A DNA stretch of 63,913 nucleotides, filler included, from Octopus bimaculoides (lineage: Eukaryota), in NCBI RefSeq assembly GCF_001194135.2. It is 4 parts of 3 records of this genome, joined end to end, with 100 filler letters (N's around TTAATTAATTAA, not from the genome) between each part and the next. Parts side by side here need not be neighbours in the genome. Positions count along the whole stretch, not along the records: positions 1 to 15,210 come from NC_068986.1; 3 more parts are not named here. One strand, written 5' to 3'. A model generated the notes under the pieces. The model saw only the letters and a list, made by a program, of their open reading frames with translations, did not search any database and had not been told where the DNA came from. Positions 1-10,974 of the stretch are shown piece by piece (position 1 is the first letter of the stretch; the number at the start of each line of letters is the position of its first letter). Position numbers and translations under genes: made by a program.

Positions 1-473
1 ATACATAACTACACATATATATCTACACACATATTTATGTTTATATTTACGCATATTTGTATAAATGTGTGTGTGTGTGTGTGTGTGTGTGTATACACAT
101 GCATACCTACAAGCATACTTAAATTAATTTTACAAACACTCACGCATAAAAAAATCTATATGCGTGTGAACGTGTACGAGTGTGTGTACACGTGAATGAT
201 ACATATATGTAGTTATGGGTGAGTATACGCTATTGTGCGAATGAAGTGCCAATTGACTAACTTTTGTTCACAATCTGATAATCTAATATCGATAAATTTA
301 CACAGTCACTAAGTTAAAGTACAAAGAACTTCGATTAAAATCGATAAAATCGCTCAGTTTGATCCTTGGTACATTCGGTATATATACACATAAATACAAA
401 CACCCACCTACCACGCCACTCACAAACACATACACCGAACACATGTGTGTATATATATATATATATATTTATA

Positions 474-542
<69 letters not shown>

Positions 543-635
543 ATATGTGTATATATATGTATGTATATATGTGTGTATATATATATAAACATTTATATAT
601 ACACACACATATATATATATAAAGATACATATATA

Positions 636-666
<31 letters not shown>

Positions 667-779
667 ATGTATGTATGCATGCATTCATGCATGCATGTAT
701 GCATGTATGTATGTATGTATGTATGTGTGTATGTATGTATGTATGTATGTATGTGCGTATGTGTGTATGTATACATTAT

Positions 780-1280
780 AAGGTAATGAGCAAAAGCAAG
801 AAAAAGCCAAATCTAGAGGAACAAGTTTTGACAAACATATGATTAATATAACGCTTGAAAGGGAGCGAAGAAGTCTTTGACGTTTCGGACGCTTGTCCTC
901 CATGAGGACAAGAAAGAAAAGAAGGATGGGGAAAATTATGTAAGACCCAAGTCGAAATGCTGTTATATGGGGAGGAGTTAGGGAGAGGAGTCAGCGTGTT
1001 GTTTGCAAATGTAGGAAAGTATCCATGTATAGAGGTGCGCAAGCAGTTTGTTGAGGTGTGCGGAGGTGTGCAGGTGTGGGAGGAGAGCTGTGTTGGATAG
1101 TTGAGATGTAGGAGGACGATGTGTAGCTGTGAATGTAATGCAGGTGAGAGGAAAGCGTGAAGAGTAGGAAAAACCACTGGGGAAAACAGTATAGTTGGCG
1201 AGAAAATATATAAATAAAAGGTCTAAAGTCCTAAGAAAAAAGGGCATATAATGATGAAAACTTATTTTTAAAACAGTGAT
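780..1280 (-). mobile_element. Penelope-like element terminal (pLTR-like) non-coding remnant with degenerate HHR-like motif
   Basis: Minus strand reads CTCATGG-A-GGAC-AAGC-GTCC-GAAA-CGTC-AAAGAC followed by a tail homologous to 4410-4490, 5140-5240 and 24310-24420; PLE origin is inferred from the HHR-like terminus. Confidence 0.45.
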
Positions 1281-1462
1281 AACAGTGGTGTCAAGTCAGA
1301 AGACTCTGTACAATGTCCGAAGAAAAACAAGGGGGAAACAAGTTGCAGTTACACGTAAAAGAAAATGTTATAACAGAAAGTGGTTTTATGAAAATAAGCA
1401 AAACAAACGGAGAGCGTTGAGTGGCAAAGATCGAAGCAAAAAAAGTCAAGGTGAGTTTGAAA

Positions 1463-1590
1463 TATGGTTGCGTGGTAAGATGTTTGCTTCCAAACCACAT
1501 GGTTCTGGACTCAGTTCCATTGCGTGCCACTTTGGGCTAGTGACTTCTACTATATAGCCTGGGGAAGACCAAAGTCTTGTGAGTGGATTT
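1463..1590 (+). mobile_element. SINE family B (tRNA-like head, CORE-like centre), partial
   Basis: ggttgcgtggtaag...aaccacatggttctggactcagttccattgcgtgcc...cttctactatatagcctgggg...accaaagtcttgtgagtggattt; matches other copies in the window. Confidence 0.75.
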
Positions 1591-1675
1591 ATAATTTTCA
1601 CTTTCACCGTTTATGAAATCAGTGTATGATCTCAAGCCGACAAGGTGAAATGAGTTTAGCCCTAGGCGCGGTGAA

Positions 1676-1737
1676 AGCCACTGATGAACGTTAAGGTGCA
1701 TTAAGCATTAGAACGCGAAATCATCGATGATCTAGCT
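1676..1737 (+). ncRNA. Type I hammerhead ribozyme-like motif (degenerate)
   Basis: AGCCA-CTGATGA-[a CGTT aa GGTGC attaa GCATT ag AACG c]-GAAA-TCATCGATGA-TC-TAGCT; stem III is the perfect palindrome ATCATCGATGAT; stem I 4/5 paired; stem II closing pair is A.C. Confidence 0.55.
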
Positions 1738-2289
1738 ACATCTGCGACCATAAGGAACGTGTCTCTCTTGTCATCTCATTAAGATAGTGGTTTTGTTAGC
1801 TATTGGATTGTTTTGACTCTTATTTCTAGCAATACTGGTACTGATTAATGCTCTTGTTCACTTTAGTGACGTGTATATATATACATATATATATATATAT
1901 ATANNNNNNNNNNNNNNNNNNNNNNNNNNNNNNNNNNNNNNNNNNNNNNNNNNNNNNNNNNNNNNNNNNNNNNNNNNNNNNNNNNNNNNNNNNNNNNNNN
2001 NNNNNNNNNNNNNNNNNNNNNNNNNNNNNNNNNNNNNNNNNNNNNNNNNNNNNNNNNNNNNNNNNNNNNNNNNNNNNNNNNNNNNNNNNNNNNNNNNNNN
2101 NNNNNNNNNNNNNNNNNNNNNNNNNNNNNNNNNNNNNNNNNNNNNNNNNNNNNNNNNNNNNNNNNNNNNNNNTATATATATATATATATGGCAATCATAA
2201 AAATCCAACTTAACGTGGGCTTAACTTAAGCGAAGACATAAATCGTAGCTGACGAGAATCTTCTGAATGTTCAGTTATGGGCACCGGAA

Positions 2290-2335
2290 CTCCCATATCA
2301 CGTTATTTCAGTCTACTGGACCTCATCAGTGGGAG
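2290..2335 (-). ncRNA. Type I hammerhead ribozyme (near-canonical)
   Basis: Minus strand: CTCCCA-CTGATGA-GGTC cagta GACT-GAAA-TAACGTGA-TA-TGGGAG; 6-bp stem I, intact core, 4-bp stem II, near-palindromic stem III, AUA cleavage triplet. Confidence 0.75.
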
Positions 2336-2606
2336 GCGTCAAACGACCAATTACCAAACAAATCTTGCTGTCATCGTATATGTAGAATATCAGCATGTTT
2401 TCAACATTGATGTCGCAAGTATCCAGCAGACTTATTAGAAATTAATTATTAGTGACAGAAGGAGTATTTGTACCAAATGGCAATCTTATTAGAACGCTGA
2501 GTACTGCGTCATTGCGCTTGCGGGATCTTCCCATATAAACGCACGGTGCATAAAAGGACAGACATAAGCTGTAGGGGGCAGGAATCGTCTCTTATGGGCA
2601 CCAGAA

Positions 2607-2650
2607 TTCCTATATCAGGATTTCAGTCTACTGAACTTCATCAGAGGAGC
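2607..2650 (-). ncRNA. Second, more degenerate hammerhead copy
   Basis: Minus strand: GCTCCT-CTGATGA-AGTT cagta GACT-GAAA-TCCTGA-TA-TAGGAA; direct repeat of 2290-2335 offset by 317 nt; stem I out of register by one base. Confidence 0.55.
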
Positions 2651-3405
2651 TGAGCTGGACATGTCTAAGATTCACAGACAACATGTCGACCCTTGCAGCT
2701 ACCGAGTGATATCCAAGTGATCAGTAAAGGTCACTAGTAAGTCTCTTACGACGAAGCGAAGACGATTTAGTTAAATCATTTGGCCCAAAATGTAAAAGAA
2801 TGGCATAATCAAGAAAGAACTGGAAGTGCATTGTTGTCAGCTCGATACAATCACACAGAGATAACTTAAGTAATGTATTCAAAAAAAGTGGGTAATTCTA
2901 TATTTATGTTTTTAGTAAATCTAATTAGTAATTATATTAACTAGAACAAAAATACGGAAGTATATAATTGCATAACATCATCGTGACTTCAGTTATTTTA
3001 ATCGAAAAAAAATTAAGATGCCATTTACTGTATAATATAACTAAAATTATTCAATCTATATAGAATCAGTTCTCATCCGAAAATTCATGAAGTACAAAAA
3101 AAGTGTTATGGCGGCGTCTGTGTACCTAACTAGTCTGAAGTATGTCATCATTTATTATGTTATATACCTGTTAATTGCTAATTAATGCCTACTTTAATAA
3201 GAGTGATTAGTACTTACATTAATTACAAAACGAATATTTGCTCTATCAAGAAGTCAATCCTGTCGAAGTACTTAGTATTAAAACTGTGTCTCATGAAAAA
3301 AATTCTCTTAGAAATAAAATGTCATTACTGTGTTATACACCGCACTGGTTGATATACATATGTATATATATATGTGTGTGTGTGTGTGTGAGTGTGTGTG
3401 TGTGT

Positions 3406-3447
<42 letters not shown>

Positions 3448-4404
3448 ATACATATTTACATACATATATATTCATACATAGTTACATACATACATACATA
3501 CATACATATATGCATACATACATTCATACATTCATACATACATACAAACATACATATAAACACAAACACACACGCACACACACATATACATATACACATA
3601 TACATATACACATATACATATATATATATATATATATATANNNNNNNNNNNNNNNNNNNNNNNNNNNNNNNNNNNNNNNNNNNNNNNNNNNNNNNNNNNN
3701 NNNNNNNNNNNNNNNNNNNNNNNNNNNNNNNNNNNNNNNNNNNNNNNNNNNNNNNNNNNNNNNNNNNNNNNNNNNNNNNNNNNNNNNNNNNNNNNNNNNN
3801 NNNNNNNNNNNNNNNNNNNNNNNNNNNNNNNNNNNNNNNNNNNNNNNNNNNNNNNNNNNNNNNNNNNNNNNNNNNNNNNNNNNNNNNNNNNNNNNNNNNN
3901 NNNNNNNNNNNNNNNNNNNNNNNNNNNNNNNNNNNNNNNNNNNNNNNNNNNNNNNNNNNNNNNNNNNNNNNNNNNNNNNNNNNNNNNNNNNNNNNNNNNN
4001 NNNNNNNNNNNNNNNNNNNNNNNNNNNNNNNNNNNNNNNNNNNNNNNNNNNNNNNNNNNNNNNNNNNNNNNNNNNNNNNNNNNNNNNNNNNNNNNNNNNN
4101 NNNNNNNNNNNNNNNNNNNNNNNNNNNNNNNNNNNNNNNNNNNNNNNNNNNNNNNNNNNNNNNNNNNNNNNNNNNNNNNNNNNNNNNNNNNNNNNNNNNN
4201 NNNNNNNNNNNNNNNNNNNNNNNNNNNNNNNNNNNNNNNNNNNNNNNNNNNNNNNNNNNNNNNNNNNNNNNNNNNNNNNNNNNNNNNNNNNNNNNNNNNN
4301 NNNNNNNNNNNNNNNNNNNNNNNNNNNNNNNNNNNNNNNNNNNNNNNNNNNNNNNNNNNNNNNNNNNNNNNNNNNNGAAAAAAACAACAACAGACGAGGA
4401 CAGG

Positions 4405-4505
4405 TGGTGTAAACAACAAAAGGATGTATTAGTTTAACGCTCGGGAATAGGAAAGTCTTTAACGTTTCGAGCTACGCTCTTCAAAAGAAAGAAAAGGAGA
4501 AAAAC
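4405..4505 (-). mobile_element. PLE-like terminal repeat fragment with degenerate HHR-like motif
   Basis: Minus strand: tttCTTTTGA-A-GAG cgtag CTC-GAAA-CG-TT-AAAGAC-tttcctattcccgagcgttaaactaatac; near-identical to 24310-24375. Confidence 0.5.
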
Positions 4506-4551
4506 AAGTAGAAAAAAATTTAAATGTGATCACCGGTCTATCATGGCGACT

Positions 4552-4553
4552 GT

Positions 4554-4618
<65 letters not shown>

Positions 4619-4620
4619 CT
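4552..4620. repeat. (GATA)n microsatellite
   Basis: Direct reading. Confidence 0.95.
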
Positions 4621-5140
4621 GACATATAAATATAACATCGATTATTAAGTTATGCTTGCTAAAAGTAGTTAATAAAGAAGTACAACTGAAAACGCTAAAA
4701 ACGTTACTAGTGTTATTAAAACAATTTCACAAATATCACTAAAAACTATGTTGTTACAGATTCAGTTATACAGTATATATAAATAATGAAGCCAGTAACA
4801 CAATAAATTAATAGATAATTGACAAGAAGAATATAGATTAACAATATATGTATGTATGTATGTATGTATGTATATATATGTATGGCACAAAAGGGGTACA
4901 GCAACGTGCGACACGCCACCAAAAATCGGGTTCCGCAGTGGGTTCCACACTTTATTGCAGGACACTGAAGAAGTATAGTACATGACTGCGTAATGTTTCT
5001 CTTACTGTTGCGTAATTATTTTGGCATTTTTATGAAGCATGTATATGTCTTATAAAGCACTAACACACCTGTTTTCTATGTGGATTGTTGGCGATTTCTG
5101 TCCTCTGTATTCCTTTTTTCTCGGACTTTCCTCTGTCTCC

Positions 5141-5177
5141 TGTTTCTGAAGAAGAGCTTTGCTCGAAAGGTAAAACA
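5141..5177 (+). ncRNA. Minimal type I hammerhead-like motif
   Basis: TGTTT-CTGAAGA-A-GAGC ttt GCTC-GAAA-GG-TA-AAACA; 5-bp stem I, 4-bp stem II, minimal stem III. Confidence 0.55.
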
Positions 5178-5274
5178 CCCTTTCTTTTCTTCCCTGAGCG
5201 TCTTTTAACACATTGCATGTACTACGTCCTCGCATTGTTGTTTTTTTCTTGTGATTTTTTCTACACCCTAAACA

Positions 5275-6261
5275 CCCTAACCATAGACTACCAGTACTAG
5301 ATACAGAACTCTGGCTGGAAACTGAGAATAATAAAGCCCGAATCCTTCATTCACACTATGCCAAACCTATGGCCTCCAAATACCTGATCCACCGGAACTC
5401 AGCTATCGCGGACAATGCCAAATTCAATATACTGATGGCAGACCTCGTCAGAGTAATGAGAAATGTGTCCCGCATATGCGAACCTACAGAGTTAAAGAGA
5501 CACATACAACATTTCGTTCACCGCATGAAGTTCTCAGGCTACAGCCATAAAGAGAGGATCAGAGTATACAAAGGAGCTATGAGGAAATTTGAAACTACCA
5601 AACTTAATGATAGGAATGGGATTTGCCCACTCTATAGGAACAAGTCATGGAACACCATTGAAAGGACTAAGAAGAAAATATGGGAAGGCCAACTCATGGT
5701 GTGATAGCAAATACCAGAGTGTCATGTTCGTCGATACCACCCCTAGAGGCGGTCTGGCGTCCCGCTTTAGAAGGACTCTAGACAAACTTAAGCTAAGAAT
5801 TAAGGTTGTTGAAAGGCCAGGCAACCCTATCAAATCCCTAATCGGTAGAACCTACCCTTTTAGTAGAACCCCCTGTACTGTATGTAGATTCAGCCCACAA
5901 ACAAACTGTAAAGTCAGAAATGTAGTCTATAATATAAGATGTACAGAGGGACGATGCAGTAACAAGACAATGATGTATGTAGGGGAAACGTCACGGAGCA
6001 TAGGAGAGCGGGTAAATGAAAAATTGGAGGGGACTTAAGGAAGAGAAGAGCTCATCGGTTCTGTACCAGCACGCCGAGCAGGAACATGGGGGCTCACTCG
6101 ACAACATAGAAGTTAAAATCTTGTCCACACATAGTACAGACACAACGCTTAGACAAATTACAGAAGCTACATACATAATAGAAGATAAACCTAGCCTGAA
6201 TAGGAAACTGGAATGGAGCACTAGCACACACCCCAACAAACCACAACATATGACAGAATAA
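5275..6261 (+). pseudogene. 5'-truncated Penelope-like retroelement ORF: RT thumb/linker plus GIY-YIG endonuclease, two frameshifts
   Basis: Joined frames give LPVLDTELWL..HYAKPMASKYLIHRNSA..K.NIL.ADLVRVMRN.S, then C..C, NVVYNIRC..C...MYVGETSRSIGERVNE, S.LYQHA...H, RQITEA.YI...KPSLNRK; GIY-YIG motif and PLE linker recognised. Confidence 0.9.
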
Positions 6262-6614
6262 GATCCCCATAAACTGATAACAATATGAACAAAATATAAT
6301 ACAACACACAGATAAACAAACGGAATTAAATAACTATATACATTAACAAAATTAAATACAAAAAAGAAAGAATAGAAAAAGATAAGTAGGTATAAACACA
6401 TGAACAAATAAATAAAAACAAATTAAACGAACGTGTATAAACAGGGGATACAGATAATACAGGCACTCCCCATACATACACACGCACTTACTAAACATAG
6501 ACATACATGAGGGTATACGCAATTGCAAATAAAGACATACAATAGGAATACAAAATACAAAATGGCTGATCGTTAGTAAGGAAAGACAAATAAATAAGAA
6601 AGAAGAAAGCAAAG

Positions 6615-6658
6615 GACCACTGATGAGGTCACGGAAGTGTGACGAAAGAACTCTGGTC
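6615..6658 (+). ncRNA. Type I hammerhead-like motif in the 3' region of the Penelope-like element
   Basis: GACCA-CTGATGA-G-GTCAC ggaagt GTGAC-GAAA-GAAC-TC-TGGTC; 5-bp stem I, 5-bp stem II, very short stem III; ~350 nt after the GIY-YIG stop, same strand. Confidence 0.65.
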
Positions 6659-7194
6659 GAAATACGATTAATGTGTATGTATATATATATATATATNNNN
6701 NNNNNNNNNNNNNNNNNNNNNNNNNNNNNNNNNNNNNNNNNNNNNNNNNNNNNNNNNNNNNNNNNNNNNNNNNNNNNNNNNNNNNNNNNNNNNNNNNNNN
6801 NNNNNNNNNNNNNNNNNNNNNNNNNNNNNNNNNNNNNNNNNNNNNNNNNNNNNNNNNNNNNNNNNNNNNNNNNNNNNNNNNNNNNNNNNNNNNNNNNNNN
6901 NNNNNNNNNNNNNNNNNNNNNNNNNNNNNNNNNNNNNNNNNNNNNNNNNNNNNNNNNNNNNNNNNNNNNNNNNNNNNNNNNNNNNNNNNNNNNNNNNNNN
7001 NNNNNNNNNNNNNNNNNNNNNNNNNNNNNNNNNNNNNNNNNNNNNNNNNNNNNNNNNNNNNNNNNNNNNNNNNNNNNNNNNNNNNNNNNNNNNNNNNNNN
7101 NNNNNNNNNNNNNNNNNNNNNNNNNNNNNNNNNNNNNNNNNNNNNNNNNNNNNNNNNNNATATATATATATATATATATATATACATACACACA

Positions 7195-7352
7195 TCAGGC
7201 GTGGCTGTGTGGTAAGAGGCTTGCTTCCCAACCACATGGTTCTGGTTTCAATCCCACTGCGTGGTACCTTGGGCAACGGTCTTCTACTATAGCCTCGGAC
7301 CGACCAAAGATTTGTAAGTGGATTTAGTAGACAGAAACTGAAAGAAGCACTG
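7195..7352 (+). mobile_element. SINE family B, 5' half
   Basis: ggcgtggctgtgtggtaagaggcttgcttcccaaccacatggttctggtttcaatcccactgcgtggtaccttgggcaa...gtagacagaaactgaaagaagc. Confidence 0.85.
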
Positions 7353-7519
7353 TCAAAATATGCAAAACAAACATTAAAGAATTTTAGCATTTTATAAGAA
7401 TCACATATGCAATGATATCAATGTTTGTATGCATGTTTGTGCTTGTGTGTGTGTGTGAAGGAAAGAAAAGGTGTTTTACTTTTCGAGCAAAGCTCTTCTT
7501 CAGAAACAGGAGACAGAGG

Positions 7520-7622
7520 ATACATGTGCTCACCCACTTGCATGTTAATTTCACAAGCAAGCTGTTCGGTTGATCGGATCAACTGGAACCCTCGTCGTCA
7601 TAACCGACGGAGTGCCAGTTAC
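7520..7622 (+). mobile_element. SINE family A, 3' fragment
   Basis: gtgctcacccacttgcatgttaatttcac..gctgttcggttgatcggatcaactggaaccctcgtcgtc matches the 3' end of 41672-42060. Confidence 0.8.
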
Positions 7623-8131
7623 ATATAAGATCAATTTAAAGTACTAGTTATTAGAATGGTATAGAAATATTTTCGTTATATAAGTAGATTTAGCATTTGA
7701 TTCAATATGTAATTTACTAACCACTGTAGATATAATACTGTCAGGCATCCAGATAAAGAGGGTTTTTTTTATTAAATCTAAATATTGTAGTGAGTCTTAA
7801 GCAAACAAATAGTCCAGAGTAAGATTTTACCTTAGTCAAAATGCATCATCTCTAATCATAAAGAGTATTTGGAATTAAACAATTACGAGCGGCCTATTGG
7901 ATACTGGACCACTTTTGGCGAGTGTTTTTTTTTTTTGTTTTTTTTTGCAACAGTAATTTTTGCACGGAAAGCACACACACACACATATTCATCCGCATAC
8001 AGAAATATACACACATACAGCGAGAGACAGGAAGAGGGAGGAAGAGAGAGAGGGTCAGATAGAGAGGTAGAGAAAGAGGTGTTTGTAGCAATTGGGGGAA
8101 GGGTCATTAAATACATTTTAATGTTTCCCTG

Positions 8132-8185
<54 letters not shown>

Positions 8186-10216
8186 CCCATTTTCTGCTCA
8201 CGGAGCCAAAATTATAATTCAATGTCAGTTTGCTTACTTTGTCAAAGATGTTTAAAAATCCATTGCGAGAAATTTCTTCTTTTCCCGTTTTGTCAATATT
8301 TCACTATTTCACCAGCCATCATATGCATATAAGTGAAGGAAAAAGCTAATTGCTATTTAGTAGCTCAGTATTTTAGTAGCTTTGATTATAAGTATGTGGT
8401 CAACAAGAATAAAAACAAAATTTTCACTGAGCAAAAATATGCTGGGTACATGCTGGGTGTCAAATAAGTCAGCCTCGAATCAGCGACACTAAAGGAGCGA
8501 GGCGAAAAACGAGTGCGCTAAAACTTCTCATACTCTGGTTTTTCTGAGTAACCATAAAATAAATGTATAGATATTCTACATATTCGTAGAATGTGTCTAT
8601 ATGTGGTCGTCCTGAAAAATCATCAGGATTTGTGAATATTAGCATGTGTTGTGATATTATTGTTTACCAGCTTAATTACGGTACCTTGTGCGGAGTTTCT
8701 ATGTAGCTCTTGCAGAGGACTAACTGGATCTTCATCCCAAAACTGAAGAGACCAATAATAATAAAACATTTATTGGTATCCTACCATCTCAGATTTATAT
8801 CACAGGGTATCACATTTGGAGGATTTTGTATCACTGTGACATTTGGAGATCACTGTAAAGCAGCAGGATGAACAGCATTCTTGGTGTTAGTACGAAGAGA
8901 TTGTTGCCATTTCCAATTCTGGAACAACTAACATAGAGCTGACCATGGGAAAATCACTGCTGCATGAAGTGAAGTCTAGTAATTTTGAGTGATTGTCATT
9001 GACTCTTGATGATTGTATTATTGCAGGTAATGGAGGTAACTGTCACGAGGTTTTGGTATTAAATTGAAAAAGTTTTGAACAGTTTTTTAACACAGAATGT
9101 CGCGTTTTTTTTATTATAGGTAAGGAGGGTAACTCTTGTAAACCGTTTGAAACCTCTCACGGTCGCCTTACCTGCTAGAAATAGCAACCCAAATGCTCTT
9201 GCATCAGATCCCAATGCTAGATGGTCAAGAACTAAATATAGGTCAGATTTTCAATCCCAGGATCATCCTGATTCCAAAAATATATAATACGTCTATGTGG
9301 ACTAAGATACAAGGGTCCGGACAGACAGAATTTCACTTTTATCTATATAGATAGCAGTTTATTTGTCCGTGTTGGAGCAGAATGAAGTACCAGACTTGTT
9401 TCTTTGATACATACAGAGATCGTGCTATGGAGCTGTTAAAAGAGACTAGATTGACATGTCCCCACTTGAGACTGTTTCCGAGGTCAGTGTGCACAGAAGC
9501 AGTATAAGACTAGTGGGAGATACCTAAGATGAATAAGGATGACTTGTAAGAAAGATTCATTTATAAATTATACAAAATCAATGATAGATATACAAAAATG
9601 ACTTGTTGACAAAAGTCTCTGTGAAGTGAACCAATGAATAAGTAACACTTTCACCTAAAGCACAAATAAACGAGACAAAACGTACAAAATTAATCTACGA
9701 TAAAAATCAAATAAACTCTTTATAAAACCGATGGAAAGTATTAAAGAGAGTAATTAAATAAAATGAACAGTGCACTAATTACAACTTAAAATAGAATTAT
9801 ATACAATAAACACTCTAAAATAGGCTGCGTTCTCTGAATCACATGAAAACTAAACTACCACTACAATCAGCTTTTATATGAATCGTATTCTACACAAAAC
9901 TTCATTCATGATTACAAAGTGTACCTGACAACGGTGCCATTATGTTGTCACACGGTTTACAACAAAATAGCAGCCAAATCTACCGCAAATCACATTGAAG
10001 GACACATTGAATAATGTAGTTCGAAGCATATGACTGAAAAGAAAGATGGTATTGTCACACTGGAATTACATTTGATTAAAGGCCTGCTAGATCAGAGATG
10101 GTCTGAGGTTAAGTAACAACATCATAGTCATTCAGATTAGAAGAGATAATCATGTGTATTAGAAGAGATTGATGCCACCAAAAGCAATCCTAGTATTAAT
10201 ATTTTACCTAAGACAA

Positions 10217-10432
10217 GGCGGTAAGCTGACAGAATCGATAGCACGCCGAGTGAAATGCTTATCGGCACTTAGTCTGTCTTAACGTTCTCAGTTCAAATTC
10301 CACCGAGGTCGACTTTGCCTTTCGTTCTTTCAGAGTCAATGAAATAAGTACCAGTTGAACACTGGGGTCGATGTAATCGACTCACCCCATCCCCTGAAAT
10401 AGCTGGCCCTGTGCCAAAATTTGAAATCAATA
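10217..10432 (+). mobile_element. SINE family C (tRNA-like head, Meta/MESC-like central domain by recall)
   Basis: ggcggtaagctgacagaatc..gcacgccgagtgaaatgctta...gttcaaattccaccgaggtcgactttgcctttc..gtcaatgaaataagtaccag..actggggtcgatgtaatcgac. Confidence 0.8.
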
Positions 10433-10446
10433 TTTTACATAAGACA

Positions 10447-10662
10447 AGGCGGCGAGCTGGCAGAGTCGACAGCACGCCGAGTGAAATGCTTAACAGCATT
10501 TCCTCTGTCTTTACGTTCTGACTTCAAATTCCGTCGAGGTCGACTTTGCCTTTTATCCTTTCAAGGTTGATAAATTAAGTGCCATTTGAATACTAGGGTC
10601 GATGTAATCGACTTACCACTTCGTCCGAAATTGCTGGCCTTTTGCTAAAATTTGAAACCAAT
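10447..10662 (+). mobile_element. SINE family C, tandem second copy
   Basis: Same structure as 10217-10432, including the upstream flank aatattttac.taagacaagg. Confidence 0.8.
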
Positions 10663-10974
10663 ATTTTATATGACAAACGATGAATTCACTAGGTCTTATG
10701 GCATATCACTTCCTATACTGGTGGAGCTTATATAAATTTTAACAGATGCCTAACAATATATCTTTAAAGTTACCCTTTTTTTCGTTTATTTTTATTATTA
10801 TTTGAAGGCGTCAAAGTATTACTATTTCAATTCGAATCCAGTTAAAGCTACCTTTTCTCTACCCCTCAACATGATTGATACACAACGAACCAGTAGTATA
10901 CTCAATAGACGCAAAGAAACCTCCCGATACATCTCAAGCGTGTGACTTCATATTAATACAGTCATTCTAAGCAC

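Noticed and set aside
335-903. Long ORFs rich in YI/HT/CV/MY repeats here and throughout the ORF track, and ORFs running through X
   Set aside because: Translations of (TA)n, (CA)n and (TATG)n microsatellites and N gaps; not genes
8640-9040. Unique-looking stretch with short open frames
   Set aside because: No frame longer than ~50 codons with consistent splice sites; nothing recognisable
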